Shown: positions 47,101 to 61,900 of the stretch, piece by piece
Numbering within the stretch: position 1 is the first letter of the stretch
How the letters are laid out: each line of letters opens with the position of its first letter
Assembly (NCBI GenBank): GCA_043228905.1
Contig: JBHGNT010000004.1
Location: 11,966,001-12,030,000, forward strand
Direction: 5' to 3'
Length of the DNA stretch: 64,000 nucleotides
Source: Azolla caroliniana
Taxonomy: Eukaryota; Plantae; Polypodiophyta
Translations under genes and position numbers: made by a program
The notes under the pieces: model-generated
Database searches by the model: none
Seen by the model: the letters and a program-made list of their open reading frames with translations, nothing else
Told to the model about the DNA's origin: nothing

Positions 47101-49676
47101 TGCAAAGAGAAGTGATTGCATTAAGGAAAGCAAGCCATGAAAAAGATCAGAGCCTGAAAGACAAAGATGATGCCATTGAGGTGTGTTGAGCAGCCATTTT
47201 TCCGTTTGTGAAAATGTGGCTGTTCATGAGATAATTTATTAATGTTGAAACAAATGTATTTCAGATGTTAGACAAGAAGGTTGAGACGTTGATGAGAGCT
47301 ATGGATGTAGAGGCCAAGAAGATGCGCAGAGAGATGTCCAATATGGAGAAAGAAGTAGCTGCAATGCGAGTTGATAGAGACCCTGCGAGACGACAAAGCA
47401 TTGCGAGGGGGTCCCTGAATGCGTCACAGTCTCATTCAGGAAGGTTGGTTTTCTTTTACTCTGTCACTGTGTCAGTTTGAATAACTTTATATTTCCAGCC
47501 TAATCCTTTGGTATCAGGTAACATACGTACGTCTGTTTATACTGATGTTTTGCAAGTAGTTCCACGTCGTTGTCAAGTTAATACTTTGTCCTTCCAATCT
47601 AATTCATCGGCATCAGGTTTACTAGCTTGTGTTTACACTGTGATGTTTGCAAGTAGTTTCACATGGATGTCAAGTTAATGTTTTTTCTTTCCAACCTAAT
47701 TCGTTGGCATCAGGTGTACTGGTCTTGAGACTGATGTTTGTAAATAGTTTCACCTACATGTCTAGTTGATATTTTGTTGTTCCAATCTAATTCATTGGCA
47801 TCAGGTTGTTCTTACATCGATGTTTGCAAGTAGTTTCCCCTAGCTATCAAGTTAATAATTCAACCTAATTTATTGGCATCAGGTGTACTCGTGTTTACAT
47901 TGATGTTTGCCAGTAAGCTCATCTAGATTCACAGCTAACAGATCGTCTTTCTAACCTAATTCATTGGCTTCAGGTGTACTAGTGTTATTGCACTGATGCT
48001 TGGAAGTAGTTTCACTTTTGATGTCAAGTTACAGAATGATTCATTGGCTTCAGGTGTATTAATGTTTAGACTGAAGTTTGCAAGTAGTTTCACATAGATA
48101 TCTAGTTAATATTTTTTCTTTCCAACCTAATTCATCGACATCAGGCGAACTAACTTGTGTTTACACTGATGTTTGCAAGTAGTTTCACTCAGATATCTAG
48201 TTAATATTTCAGCCTAATTTATTGGCTTCAGGTGTATTAGTGTTTAGAATGATGTGTGCAAGTAGTTTCACATAGATATGTAGTTAATGTTCTCTTTCCA
48301 ACCTGATTCATTGGCATCAGGCGTATTAGTCTTTACGAGTAGTTTCACCTAGATATCAAGTTAATAATGTCTTTCCAACCTGATCAGTGTCGGGTGTGTG
48401 TACTATTATTTTAACTCTGCTGTGTTTGCAAGTAGTTTCGTGTTGATATCAAGTTAATATTTTTAACCTAGTTCATTGGCTTCAGGTGTACTAGTGTTTA
48501 GACTGATGTTTGCTAGTAGTTTCACCTAGATATCAAGTTAATGCTTTTTTTTCTTTCCAACCTAATTTGTTGGGGTTGGGTGTACTTTTGTAAATTAGGT
48601 CTAGTTGTCTCTAATGAATGATCAACTTATAGTATGACAACCCTGCATAAGGGCACGTGTTCCCTGGTTACCTTGTCTTTAGACATGCTTTCAGAATCTG
48701 GCACAGATAATCTGTTGCCATGTAAAATTAGCAGCCCCTATCTGAAATTTATGTTTCTTCTTTCTTTTTCCTTTCTTTCGGGCTTTCTTATCATTCTTGC
48801 CTTTTATCCTTTTTAAGTCAGGGAATCGCTTGTATCAATTTTGAATTGATCTGATGTTTTAGCTTTCATGCCTAGAGACCACTATAACAAATATTCCTTT
48901 CTATATTAGTAATCTAGAAGATCCTCAAGGAATTTTAGTGGATACAATACTATGTAAACTGTATCTACAAAGTGGAGAAGCTTTCCAGTTTGATGGGTGA
49001 ACATATTCTGTATGCGACTTTTTAATGATAGTTCAGTTCATGGTGCGACTGTCTACACAAGAGTGAGGCTTCTTTGCTCTCTGAAGGTGGAGGTTTATGG
49101 ATAACTGAGTTTGGTGGTTGGACACATGAAAGACAATGAAATAATAATAAGTTCATTTTGAAACAATCGAGCAAGAAAACATATGATTGGTAGGCACTAA
49201 AACATAGCGTGCTCACAGACATTTTTCTTCATATCATTATCGATAATAAAAAATAAAACAAATTTGGAACTAACCACAAAAGTTAATCGGTCTGAGATGT
49301 ATGCACGGCTATACAATCCATTCACATATTTACTAATTTGAAACCCTAATTTGAAGAATGTCTAACCTCAGTTTTGGCAGCAAATTTTCTAAATTTTCCA
49401 GAGAAATCAGGGAACTAATTAAGAAGGAACAAAGTTCATAAGCTATCCCATGAGACATAAAGGCAATTGACAACCGCAATTCTAAAAGTTGGTTGGCTGG
49501 CACATAGGCTGATGCATATAGCTGAAGGCTTCATTCAACAATAAAAAAGAGAAATCTATAGCCTTCGTGCATATTTGGAATATGCTAAGTTGTGGACATA
49601 CTGCCATGTATAGCCATGTTTTTTATTTAATTTTCCGCATCGTTTTCTTTCTTGCAGAAAACGAACTGCAGGCTGA
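44155..49676 (+). CDS. MAP70: Microtubule-associated protein 70 family, 11 exons, 609 aa: 44155-44401, 44511-44596, 44743-44808, 44913-45083, 45206-45376, 45496-45651, 46255-46401, 46481-46552, 46665-47180, 47265-47443, 49658-49676
   Basis: GSDPLRIELTRLENEVR, AAQFAAEATLRRVH, EEAVLAGGAAANAVR, VANEWKDGNDKVMPVKQWLEER and VSGVLYDMLQREV. All exon phases are compatible. The last short exon is the least certain. Confidence 0.93.
47490..48590. repeat. Intronic tandem array, ~12-13 diverged copies of a ~90-bp unit
   Basis: Consensus approx TTCCAACCTAATTCATTGGCATCAGGTGTACTAGTGTTTACACTGATGTTTGCAAGTAGTTTCACCTAGATATCAAGTTAAT. Confidence 0.92.
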
Positions 49677-50721
49677 TTGTGTAAAAATTGAGGTTTAAAA
49701 TGCAAACACAAGTGTGCTTTTCCTAGACTTTGAGCGGCACCTGTCCATGTTTTTCATAGTGAAGTGTAGAGATCGAACTTTGAACTTCAGCATTCTGAAC
49801 TGTTTTACTGAATGCATTCATTTCTTCATCTATTCTTCGCCTTAATGAGTGGATTTTCATACTTCCTGTATATGTTTGTAAATAATGTATCTTCTAACAT
49901 CACGCGTTTCAGGTGTCAGATCTTTCTTTTTTTTCGTTTTTTCTTTCAGCCTACTACTCCCTTCTGCTTATCTGCTGACCTCATCTCCTTTTTCTTTCTC
50001 ACACTTGTCTTTTCTCTTGCTTCGTTATGAAATCTTCATCCCTTCTCTCACTATTGCTTGCTTTCTTTAAGTTTATATGTATGTAATGCGCATTTCAGTT
50101 TGTCACATCATATTGACCCCTTCGCGGGTTGAAATGTTTCAGCATGGAACAAGACCTCTTGTTGGAGTGCTATCACCACCACAGTTGTAGAGATTCATTT
50201 AAAACAGAGTCCGCTTCATAATAGTTTTGGGTAGTAAGTGTTTCTGTTATAATAGGTTGCTGGGTTGTTAAGTAGGAGCCATGTCCACTGTATTTATTTA
50301 GGGTTTAGGATTGTTAAAATGTACCCATGATCTATTTTTTCACTACCATTAGCATTTTTTCTAAAAAAATCCCATTTGGTGCATTGATCTGAGTAACAGT
50401 TTTGGACATTTTTTGGCAGGAACCCAAGATGAAATGTGAGGCAGAAAGACTAACTGTGAAGATAATCAATAGATATAAATCCTTGCAAGAGGAATGATAA
50501 TTGCCGAGACAACACAGACTGAGATCAGTGAATGAATGCTTTCGTCCCTTCTGCGTGAGAGAACAGGTCTCTGGAAAAGAGAGAGAGACAACTTACAAGG
50601 AGTATTTCAACATTGGGTTCACTTCATGGGAAGTGATTAGTGTGTTATTCTATAGCAGCCTTTCCTCATGTGTTTTGCTTAAATTTATTATGCAAAGAGC
50701 AGATTGCCATACTGAGTATAA

Positions 50722-50762
<41 letters not shown>

Positions 50763-53045
50763 GTGTAAGAGGCTGTGTCGTTTTACTTTACAGTATAAAG
50801 ATCAAATTGGACCTGTATGATTGGGAGGAAATCTCCCTTAGAAAATGCTGAAAATGCCCCAACGAATCCTAGAGAGGTGAATGTTCACTATGTTTTTTGT
50901 GCCCATGTTGGTGGATGTTGTATTTGGTGTCTTATCAAGTGTGGTTTTGTTTTTGTTTGTTACAACTTTCTATTGAATTGCTCTATAGAGATTGCAATTG
51001 ACTGTCTCATGGCTCTTAATATGACGAGAGTCTCCATTGCTAGACAATCTACTATTAAAAAGATTTTCATTTCCTTGTTTTCTCTCCAGTTTTTTAGTTT
51101 CATCGATGAAACTACATGTAATTGTTTTGCCATTGATTGAGGGTATCGCCATTTTGACTGATCTTATCCTTCTGTAATTAAGTTATGTTATACTGTCCTC
51201 AATAGAGATATAAAGATTGTGTAAAATGTGAGCACCTTTTTCATAGTTTTTGTTATGAAAAGTACAATTGCTTGCATGGGTAGAAAGAACAAGAAGCCTG
51301 TCTTGAGCTGCTATATTGGTTATATACATAATCTTAGTGTAATCAAGAATGAGATTTATTGGTTGTATTAAGAGAGGTGTTGTCAAGGTTTTATATTATT
51401 ATACGGTATCCTTGGTTGATAATTCATAATGTTGCTTTCATATATTGGTTGTTTGGATGTTAAAAAGATGACAACAGTTTCTGTAAGTAATTGTGACAGC
51501 CCAAGATGATTGAATAATGTAAGAAATGGTTAACATTAGTGATTGTAGCTCTAAATGATGATCAAAGTTTTGCATTCTCTGGGTGGCATTATTAGGCTGT
51601 GCTGTCAAATGGCTCACTAGTGTCTTTACAATTCAGAAGCACGATGGTGTAAAAAATAACTGCTATCCTTGAAGGGTACTTATCTTGTTGGGACACCATT
51701 TGGTTGGATTTTGTTGTTCTAGATTGGTTGTAGCGTCTACTACTGTACTTTGGACTTGTAGGTGAAAGCATAGGCTGACTCAATATTTTGCAGTTCATGA
51801 TTAGAATGTTATTTGAAAGGGTGAGGCGCAATATTCTTGGCTGTTGAATCTGCCTTGATTCACAATTTCTTAGATGTGACTGAAATCATTGATGCCATGA
51901 GGATGGTGACGAAGACTTCCAACCATATCCTAGTGACAAAAAGAAAACTAAGAACATCTTGTGAAAACCCATATTGCCTTGCACTTGATGTTTGCACAAG
52001 TATTGCAACACAAATGGTTTAGTTCTAATAACAGCCATCATTTCACCATCCAGCCACGTGTAGAAGCTATCAAATTTGGAACAACCGTCTAGTATAAAGT
52101 ATGGAATTATGCATGCCTTTGCTATTGTAGGTGGAGATCTATCTACTTTGTTTCCATAATCTAAATATGGGGCCTAGATTTTCTTCCGTCTTATGCTCAC
52201 ATGATCCCACAATGACCCTTTGACCCATAGTCACTGTATTGGTGACATAATAAACACTATATAACCTAATATGTAGTTGCAACATTATTGTGGATGCTAC
52301 GTAAATGACTCCATGATGCTTTGTGCATTACAAGTCAAGCACTTTCATGTGTTATTATAACACGTAGGTTTACGATATGGGCAATTCAAACCATTTATAA
52401 AAAAACAGATGCTGATAGGCAATTATTTATTAAATTACATTGTTGAAGAGTGACCAACGTAGATGACTCTTGCTAGGTTTCATCTTAAGTGGCATATATA
52501 AGTTGCCTTGCTTGTTTATTTGACCAATAATTTTGTTTCGTATCATGGAATTTCAACTTTCCTACCTTGGTTGGCCGACTTTTGTTTTCGTAAGGCATGG
52601 AATTTCGAGGGCATAGATAACATCGACTCACCTCTTGCTGTGTTTTATACATGGGCTTCAGAATTGTGCGATGAGTTTTTACAGTAAAAAGAACGTGCAT
52701 TTTGGTGGTGCACTTACGCATCCATTCAAATTGGATATGTGAGTCTAGGCTGAATCCATCCATCCACGTTTCTAAATCGAATTGGACGTGAGATAAAAGA
52801 GCATCTAAATCGAACTTCGTCCATCCATCCACGTTGTTTCTTCTTCTTCTTCTTCTTCTTCTTCTTGTGGATATGACTTGTCTATGCTCATGTATGTATG
52901 TATGTATGTATGTATGTATATATGTATATACATGTGTGCAGTTGTAGCCACTAAGCCCATCATCCACTTGGACTTGGACATGGACTTCACACGCATGCAT
53001 ATACATACATACATACATACATACATACATACATACATACATACA

Positions 53046-53076
<31 letters not shown>

Positions 53077-53238
53077 GTACAATACATACACACAATAAAT
53101 AATCCATCCCACTTACTCTTTAGCAAAAAAGCACTCTACTCTACTCTAGAGTCTACTCTACTTATCTCTCTCTGATAGTGATATTATCATATTTGTTGTT
53201 GTTAGATCAAAGATCAAAGAGCCACGACACCGTTGGCG

Positions 53239-56200
53239 ATGGCGATGGCGATGGCGATATCAGTCTCGTCGATCACTGGCAACCACCGTCGCCCTTCTCT
53301 GCTTCCTACAACACCTTCTCTTCGAGGTTTTAAGAAGCTCCTTGCCTCTTCTTCTTTCTTCTTTTTGGTTATCTCAGAAAAATTTCCTTATCGTTTTGTA
53401 ATGTTTGTAACCTCCATTCTATGGTCACTACTTTTAAGTTGATGAATACTAGAATTTACGGAATAATCCCCTTCCCCATGTAAGCCTTGTGAAAAGGCTT
53501 CTTTTCTGATTTTTCTTTTTTTCTTGTTGCACATATTTTAATCGTCCTCGTACAGCCTCCTGTCTCCCTAAAACTGCTAGAAAACCTAGAATGTCTCAAG
53601 AATCCCTCACACATGATTTTGTTTTCGTACTTTTTTGACTGAAAAACACTGTTGATTAAGGAGAGAGAAGTATCAAGCAGTTGGGCTTATCATGCATCCT
53701 TTCCTTATGTAGTTTCACAATGCTAAGTTTACCTAGATGGAGGATTTGTTTATGCTACAGAGGTTGTTTTCCATTTTGGAATGTTTGAATGTGTGCTATT
53801 CATATGTGCCTAATGCACGTGTTCTTTTACATATATATGTTATGGATATATGCGTGAAGCTAAATTGGACGGTTTAAGGGCTACCGTGAATGAGGGAGGA
53901 GTATAAATGATTATGAAATGTCTGATGATGCTTCATACTATTGCCCTATGTGGGTTCACGTTTTCGTAGGGGTTTATTGACATGCACTTCCCTATCCTGA
54001 TCATCCTAAATACTAATAGTTGGTACTTGTACCTATTGGTGTTGGTTCTTAATTCCTTTCGGAAATTTTCAAACTTGAGGACAAAGGAGAGTGATTTGCT
54101 TGTTCTTCGACCGTAAGACTTGAAGGAGGGAGGAGTTATAATATGCAGCAAGGGTGTCCGAAGGGGCATGGTGTTCCAACTATGAATCCTTATATGTCTC
54201 TATGAAATTAACCATGCCAAGGAGATTTCACAGTTTTAAGGAGCTGGATGCTTAGGTAATATGTCTTCCCATATTCTGGAGCAAGATGAGTATAATGTCA
54301 AAACACCAATTGGTATATGTGAACTTACAGTGTATAAATTATAACCTTAATCTTCTTTTTATGCGTCTCTTAATTTTCATCTATTGTGAGGGATAGTTTT
54401 GTATATCTGTAGAGGCTTTATTTTGTTTAGAAAGTTCTATTTTAAGTCATCGCAGCTACCGTGCTCAATCTGCATCTTTCGAACCATGCCATTTTGAAAT
54501 TCCATTCCAGTAACCGTTTGTGTACCCCCGCGACAGTAGAATTTCCCATTGTTGTAACAGCAAACCATTCCCATTTTTGTAACCACAAATAGTTCTCCAG
54601 TGTTGTAACTGTAACTGTAAACTATTCTTCATTTTATATACTTGTAGTTGAAAACCCTCACGCATTACTCTTGTCTACAAACGAACTCTACACCATCAGT
54701 GCAGTCTGCATCACTTGAAATATACCATTATTTTCCTGCTCTCTACTTCTGGGATCAATTATCACTCTCTCTAGCTGGCTTACTGGCGATGATTTGGTTA
54801 TAAATTTGCCCACTTGATCTGGACTTCCTACACAAGACAGCCATTGCATTCTTACATTTTAATGATAATTTTTCAATGCATAGCAACACTAAATAAAACA
54901 CAGAAAGATGATGCTGACTAAGCCAAATACCAGAGCTCTATTATTAAAAGAAGACAGCACATGGACGGCACTAACCTCAATAGCATTACCAAGACATCAT
55001 TTCCTTCTTAGTTACGAAAATGTTTTCAGGTACCATTGGATGAGTCTTGCTTCTTGACATTCCTTGACTGTACTTTCTATTTCCAGCTTCTCATGACTGC
55101 ATTTAGTGCAAATATAGTATCTTTGAACAGCTGATTGTCTGTATTCCTTGCATCATATGTCTAGCCCTTTTGATAGCACTTCCCCCTACATTTTTGTTTG
55201 GTATGTTGTTACTGGGTCATTATAGCTACTAGTGAAATATTAATCCAGAGATGAACCTGCGTCTCTCATTCCTTGTCTATGATTCAGATCCAGGTTTACA
55301 ATGCCATATTGATGGTTTACAGGAATTTTGTATATATGTGAAACTCTTATGTAGATTAGAAGTCATTAGGGATCACCGATTTTCTATCAACACCATTTGC
55401 CTTTCATTTGTTTAAAGCTCCAGCGGAGATGAACGTAAATGGTTTTCAAACTCATACAGGTCTTATTCACTTATATGACACTGGTTTCTGTTTGCTTTTT
55501 TTGTGTTTTATAGGAAGACAAGGATTGTTACAAGCACCACGTGTACTTCTCCCAAGGACAACGAAATCTAGGCCTATCCAGGTAGATATGTGGAAAATGC
55601 CTTGATATTCTTGACACGTGCATAACTATCTATTTGATTTATTTGAACCTGAATTCTGGTCCATCAAAATCAAGAATATGGCAAGCTCAAAATCAAAGGA
55701 AGTTAATATGGTAGATCCAAATGAGGCAAAACGGCTCGCAGTTGAGCAAATGCAGCAACTACAAGCCAAAGCGTTGTATAAAGTGAGACTTTATTAGCTA
55801 CCTCCTCATTCTTTGCCCGTCTATGGTAACTAGCTAATATGGATACTTTTTACAGAGGCAACAAGCAGTGGAGGCATTTAATGGTGGATGGGCAGTGCTA
55901 GGCCTTACGGCAGGCCTTGTGATTGAGGGATACACCGGAAAGTCTATATTGTATCAAGTATGTGTATTGCTGCTATGTGTAGGGGAGTATACTAGATTGA
56001 AATGGTTTAGGAACATTTTAACGTTCACATCATTGTCTATAGTCTGTTGTAAATAATTGTGCCTGTATGTTTCATTTGCATTGATGTATATGTATTCGAT
56101 AGCTTCGGTTGTGATGAATGTGATGTTGGTATAATCTAACTGAGTTTCTGATACAACTGAAGTTAACAAGTTTATCACATGGTTCTCCCGTAAACTCGAG

Positions 56201-56471
56201 TAATGTATATTTTGTAATCTTAAATTAAATGTGATTGATATTATTCAAGGATTTTCTGCAACTTGCCTTTAGATGTTCCTGTATATTATTTGAAACATGT
56301 CATGTGTAAAGTTGAATAAACCCCTTCGACAGAGAACAAACAACTCGAATAATATAACCTCTGTAATGACATAATAACATTTACTATACAATGGAAGCTC
56401 ACAAATTCTGTATATAGATTGCAGTATATCTCCATCTTCTAGCAGATGCATTGGATGTATACTTCCCATAA
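53239..56471 (+). CDS. Small plastid one-helix LHC-like protein, ~139 aa, 5 exons: 53239-53326, 55514-55581, 55675-55782, 55856-55957, 56418-56471
   Basis: S/R-rich transit-peptide-like N-terminus, DPNEAKRLAVEQM and EAFNGGWAVLGLTAGLVIEGYTGKSILYQ (HLIP/OHP-type helix). GT-AG sites are in phase; the exon 3 acceptor and exon 5 are less sure. Confidence 0.8.
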
Positions 56472-58974
56472 GGATTGTTGGCGGCCATGCCATCAAGATA
56501 TCTGATGAACGATGAAACCATATGTGCAAACGCAGTATGTTTCTACTACAAAGCTCACATTAAACTCTGGTAATGGTAATGTAATATATTCTTTGCTTCT
56601 TTCTGCACAATATCATGGTCATATTCTCTCTAAAGTTTAATGGGAACTTGAAAACTTAATCACTTGTAAACATTCTTAATTGGAAATTCGAGTATCTCTT
56701 TCTTTTTCAGAAAGTTGGAAAAAGTTTGGTAAGAGGAAGCACATCATCTTTGTGGTGCTTTCGTCTCTCCTCTATTGACGTAATGTTCTTTCACTAGGTA
56801 GAAAAACTTGTCTAGAGAAGGATTTCCTGCTTAGATGCTTTCAGTGCTTCTTCCTACCAACTTAGTTACCTAGTGCTGTTGCTAGCAGTAAACACCATAA
56901 CACTATAGGTTGGCCCAACCCAGTTCTCTTGTACTACTAGGGTAAGCATCTCGCAGTTATTGGCAAACCAATGGTTGCTTAGATGGTTTTAGCGGTGGAA
57001 CCAAAAGTTTAGCAATATTGTGGAATTTATACTTTGTTTAAAAACGCACATTCTACACAATATATCTTAGGTGGATCTGCAAGTTTACGATATTGTTGAA
57101 TTCAAGGTTGTTTTAGAATACTCATGCGTATTCAAATGTATTGTAATGCTTTAGAACTATTATTTCTATGAAATAAAACAAATTTAAATTTCTGTAAATT
57201 TGTTGTAGGTTTATTTTGAAGAAAGAATTTTTTTTGGGAGTTTTTTGGCAACGTTACTCTTATCAATTCTTCTTTTTCTTTGATTGTTGCAACGTCATTG
57301 CCATATATATGTTTTCACCACCAAAATCTGATAAATATATTTCAATAAATTTACTAGTGAGCCTCTCAATGGAAATGGTTTATATTGTCACTAAGATCTG
57401 ATGAAAGTGTCTAAACACATTTCTAAATCAACATTTTTGCTATTGATATTAGAAGTATTCAACCTATTCTACCGGATTTTAGCGTTTTCTATTCAAAGTA
57501 CTTACATGAAAAAATATAAAATATTTGACAAACATATAGCATGCATAGTATATAAGTGTATGATATGCAACATATACCACAACCATAGTTGAATTTTAGG
57601 TTTAATATATTTTTATCTGATTGCTAACAATTACAACATTGTATGCAACATTATGGCATTTTTAAAAATAAATGTAATTGTGATTTTCACATTAACTCTC
57701 TGAAATTATATGCATTTTTTAGAGTTCTGCTTCTATAATCTCATGAAAGGTGTAAGTTCTCTGACCTAGGTTCATTAACAATAGGATGATTAATTAGTTA
57801 CATTCAATAGGCAAAAGAAATGAAGCAACTATTAATCACTAGATAAGGGCAACTTACCATCTCAAGCAATTCCTAGCTCAAACCAATTAATTGTTTGTTG
57901 GTCCTAATTAAAAGAGGGTTTTTTTAATGTTAAAATAATGAAATGTGCTAGAGTATTTTTTGAATATTTGAAAATTTTGAACTTTTACCTTTTTAAATAT
58001 GGGAACGATTGTAGGAGTATGTTTGTGTTCGTTTTCATTGGAAGAAAATGAATGGACCTTTGAAGCAACAGAAAGTTACTCTATGATGAATCAATTAAGA
58101 AAAAATGAAGGTGACATAAAATCATGTGGTGAATGAATGAAAAAGTAGAAAACCATTAAAATTGTCTCATGTGAGTAAATGAATGAAGTAAGGACTTTGA
58201 GTAATTGATGTAATAGAAGAAGTAAAAAGTATCAAAGCATCACCACATGCCGCTAGTTAAAAAGTGGAGTAGTTTATATTTTAAATTTTGGTTAAAAAAG
58301 TTAAGGAAAACAGCATAAGTTGAGTAGTTTATCTTTTACCTCATGTATGAGGTAAAATCAAATCTACTTATGATGTTTCTCAAAATATCAAAGTTATCCA
58401 AGTCAAGCTATAGAAATTCTATGGCATATTTTTCATAAACATGCACCTTAATCATAGGCCAAAAGTAATGATGAAATCAACAAGTCCACGCTTTTCAAGG
58501 GAAATATATTTATGGTATTTCTCATAAAGTTATTAACGCAAAGGTGGCATAAGCCAACGCTAATTATGTTTAATTAAGTTCACATTTCTTTTTTGTGATC
58601 ACTAATTATTTACAAAGCATATAAATGTATATTTTTCGAGCATGCAAGGAACAAGTTGAACAAATATGGGACAAGTCTTGTACTAAAATGCACCCCAAAA
58701 TTGGGCTTCTTTCCTAAGAAGCATGGTACCTTTGTTTATAAATCTCTTCATGGTGGGACACTCTTACCCTTTTTCTTTTTGTTCAACATGAATTCATGGT
58801 CTCGTTTATTCAAGTATGTTCAACACCTTGTTTGGGTGGCAATTTGGATATTTTGGAAGCATAGTTAGATGTATAGAATGCTAGTAATTAGTTAATTGGT
58901 CATAGACTCCAATCCAATACTCCAAGACTCAACGGAATTCACATTCTAGATAACATTTTTAGAGATTTAGAGGA

Positions 58975-61900
58975 TAATGGAATAATATTGTATTAGGATG
59001 TCAATATGATCTATGAGACAAAAGGAATACCGTTTTCACATATTGCATGTGAAAATGAGTAATAAAAGTTTATTTTTCTAGAACTTTCCTAATGAGTGTC
59101 ATTGTTGAGAGTGCAAGATTGGGTTTGGTTGAAGATCAGTCGAAAACCTGATCGAATGTAATCAAAGTTAGAGCATTGTATCAAAATGTGATACCCACAC
59201 TGCCGAACTTGTTTAGAGCACAATGTGCATAGTCGATGAGTCCACATCACCTATAGCCCAACCTCCCATTTCACATCGAAGTCTTGTGAGCGAAGTCTTG
59301 AGAGAGAGAGAGATTATATTATCATCTTCGGAGGTCAAATATGACCTATGAGACCAAAAATATTACATTTCATGTGATACGTGTGAAAGTGAGTAGTGAC
59401 TCTCGATGTTCAAGAACTTTACCAATGAACATTGCAATCGAGAGTGCACATTGTGGTTGTGAGAGAAATTCATGCAAGGATTGGGCTCGGTCGAAGAGAT
59501 GTGGAAAGCATGGTCGAATATGATCAAAGGCGGAGCATTGTATCAAAGTGTGATACTCAGACTCGCGAACTTGTTTAGGGCAAAGTGTGCATTGCCGACC
59601 ACTCTCATCACTTGTGCCCCAATGCCCTGTCTCACTATTAGAGATATGTACTAATGTAAGCAAAGGATAAGGATAAATGATAGATCTAGATAGAGAAGAG
59701 AGAGAGAGAAAGAAGGGTGCCGATCCACCCGACCACCCCCGAGTGAAGGGATCGAGACGGACTCGACCCTCGATCGGCGTCCCATACCACCGTTGTGGCA
59801 TCGAGTCGTACCTGGTGCTGGCATGCTTGCTACAAGAGTTGACCCACCACAAGAACAAAGTCTCGACGTAGTCAAAAGATGATGAAATGAGGGTAGCTAG
59901 GCCTCTTATTTATAGCGATACCCTAGGCCCCTAGGCAAGTTCACACTTGGCCTAATGGGTTGTCTCAATCCTGAGGATTAAAAGTAATCCTCCCCTTCTT
60001 TACACTCTCGTTTAACCCTCACATTTATCCATGTGTATAGAGAATACTACGGTAAATTCTCACCACAGGATATTATATGGTCATGCCCGCAACACTCACA
60101 TTGCAATGCATACGAGGTAAGTCACATGGAAGCAATGGTTCGAATGGCAGATAATAGGATGGGCTCTAACATGTATCGATGTGTACGATTTCCCCGTTCT
60201 GCGAAGAATGTGGTTTTGTAGTTAGGTACAACATGTGTAATATAATGTGTGAAGCATGAGCCTCCACATTTCTCCCATATCATGATACATTGGCGTTGCA
60301 AAAAGGCCTCATTTACAAAGGAATCTAATGATGCATCATGAAGCTAGTGTCTTGCATCCCATCTACCAAACCATTTTTCTATATCTTGCAGCCAATTGGA
60401 ACACAAAATTTTGCTTTTATGCGTCTTTTGGAACTTTTTGCTTGCTTCTCATGCAATTCTAGGAAGTTGATGTGTTGGACTGTTTTGAACCTTAAGCTTG
60501 ACAATGTATTCAACAACCCTTTCCATGGCCATGATCTCAATGCAAAACGATCCATCTCAAGGAGGAGGGTGTAGGGTGTTTGTTTCTTAACTTGTAGAAA
60601 CTTTAAAAGAAAATGTTTTTGGACATTTTCAAACTCTTTCCACGTAGATTTAGGGATGCTACTGGCCCATACTTCCACCTAGAACCGGTGTCACCAAAGT
60701 GTCGAAAAGATATTTCTTGAGGACCCAAGACTTAATATCTTCAAGATTGCATGTGTTGTCAAATGCATAGTATTCTCGATTACTTGCCTCTAGGCGACGT
60801 GTAACAGATTCATTCCATCTATGATTTGAAGGAACTTCAAGGCCAAGATATTTGAAGCATTCCACACATTTTTAAGTGACGCATTGTTGTACATAATGCA
60901 AGTTTATTTCTTTTATGGCTCTTTACAAGCATAATCTTTGTTTTATAGCAAAAGTTTTCCAATGCTTTCATAAGCTTTTGTGCATCTCCTAAAGTATTTG
61001 CAAAAAGCATTACATCATCCTCATATATCAAAAGTATAATCACAACATTCCCAATGACAACTTCTTCAACACATTCTTCCTTTACAAACTTGGTAAACAT
61101 TTCTTCCAATTCATCAATGCATAGATCAAATTGTGTTGGTGAGAGTGGGCATCCTTGCTTACCAATAGTGCTATTGAAAAAAATCTAAAAGTCTATCTCT
61201 CATACGCATACAACATATAAGCTTCTCATATATTCGGGAAATGGTAAGCATATATTCACTTGACACCTCAAGTTCTTCCATTCACCTCCAAAGATGCTCA
61301 CGAGGTATCATATCAAAAGCTTTCTTGAAGTCTACAAAGAAACAATATAAACCTTTACCTCTAAGGCGACTTTCCTCCATTAATACTCGAAGGGTGACAA
61401 GATGATCAATGGTGCTATGGTGTTTGCGAAAGCCAAGTTTTCCATAAGCTCTCTTACCATTTTTCTCAACCCATACACTTATCTTTGATTCCATTATACA
61501 TCCAAATAGTTTTGTCATTAACGAGACAACCATGATGGTTTGATAGTTGTTTACATTATTTATATCTCCACCTTTATGTAAAGGTTTGATCCAATTTGTA
61601 GTCCAATCATACGACATATCATGTTGCAGTGCATCATTAAACATATCCCTTATCCATACATGTGTTTCCTTTCCCATCCATTTGAGCATTTCAGCCTTTA
61701 TACATTGAAGATCGCTTGCCTTTCGAGAGGCCAATTTCTTAAGTCCTATGCATATATCTTCAATTGTAAAGAAGGGAGACATATGTGAAAGAGAACCATA
61801 ACACATCATCTTTCCGGAAAGAGATAACTCATATAAATTCTTACAATGCATAGACAAGTCATGAAGAGTTAAGTCACCATAACTGTCAACATGTTTCCCC

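Noticed and set aside
47490-48590. CRISPR array or C/D snoRNA cluster
   Set aside because: Whole units are homologous with no unique spacers, there are no cas genes and the context is a eukaryotic intron. No consistent RUGAUGA/CUGA box pair.
52485-53126. 213-aa minus ORF and similar ORFs at 42341-43410
   Set aside because: Translations of (TACA)n, (CT)n and (CTT)n microsatellites.
54440-54670. GTAAC-rich patch in the first intron of the LHC-like gene, possible decayed MITE
   Set aside because: No TIRs or TSD could be identified.
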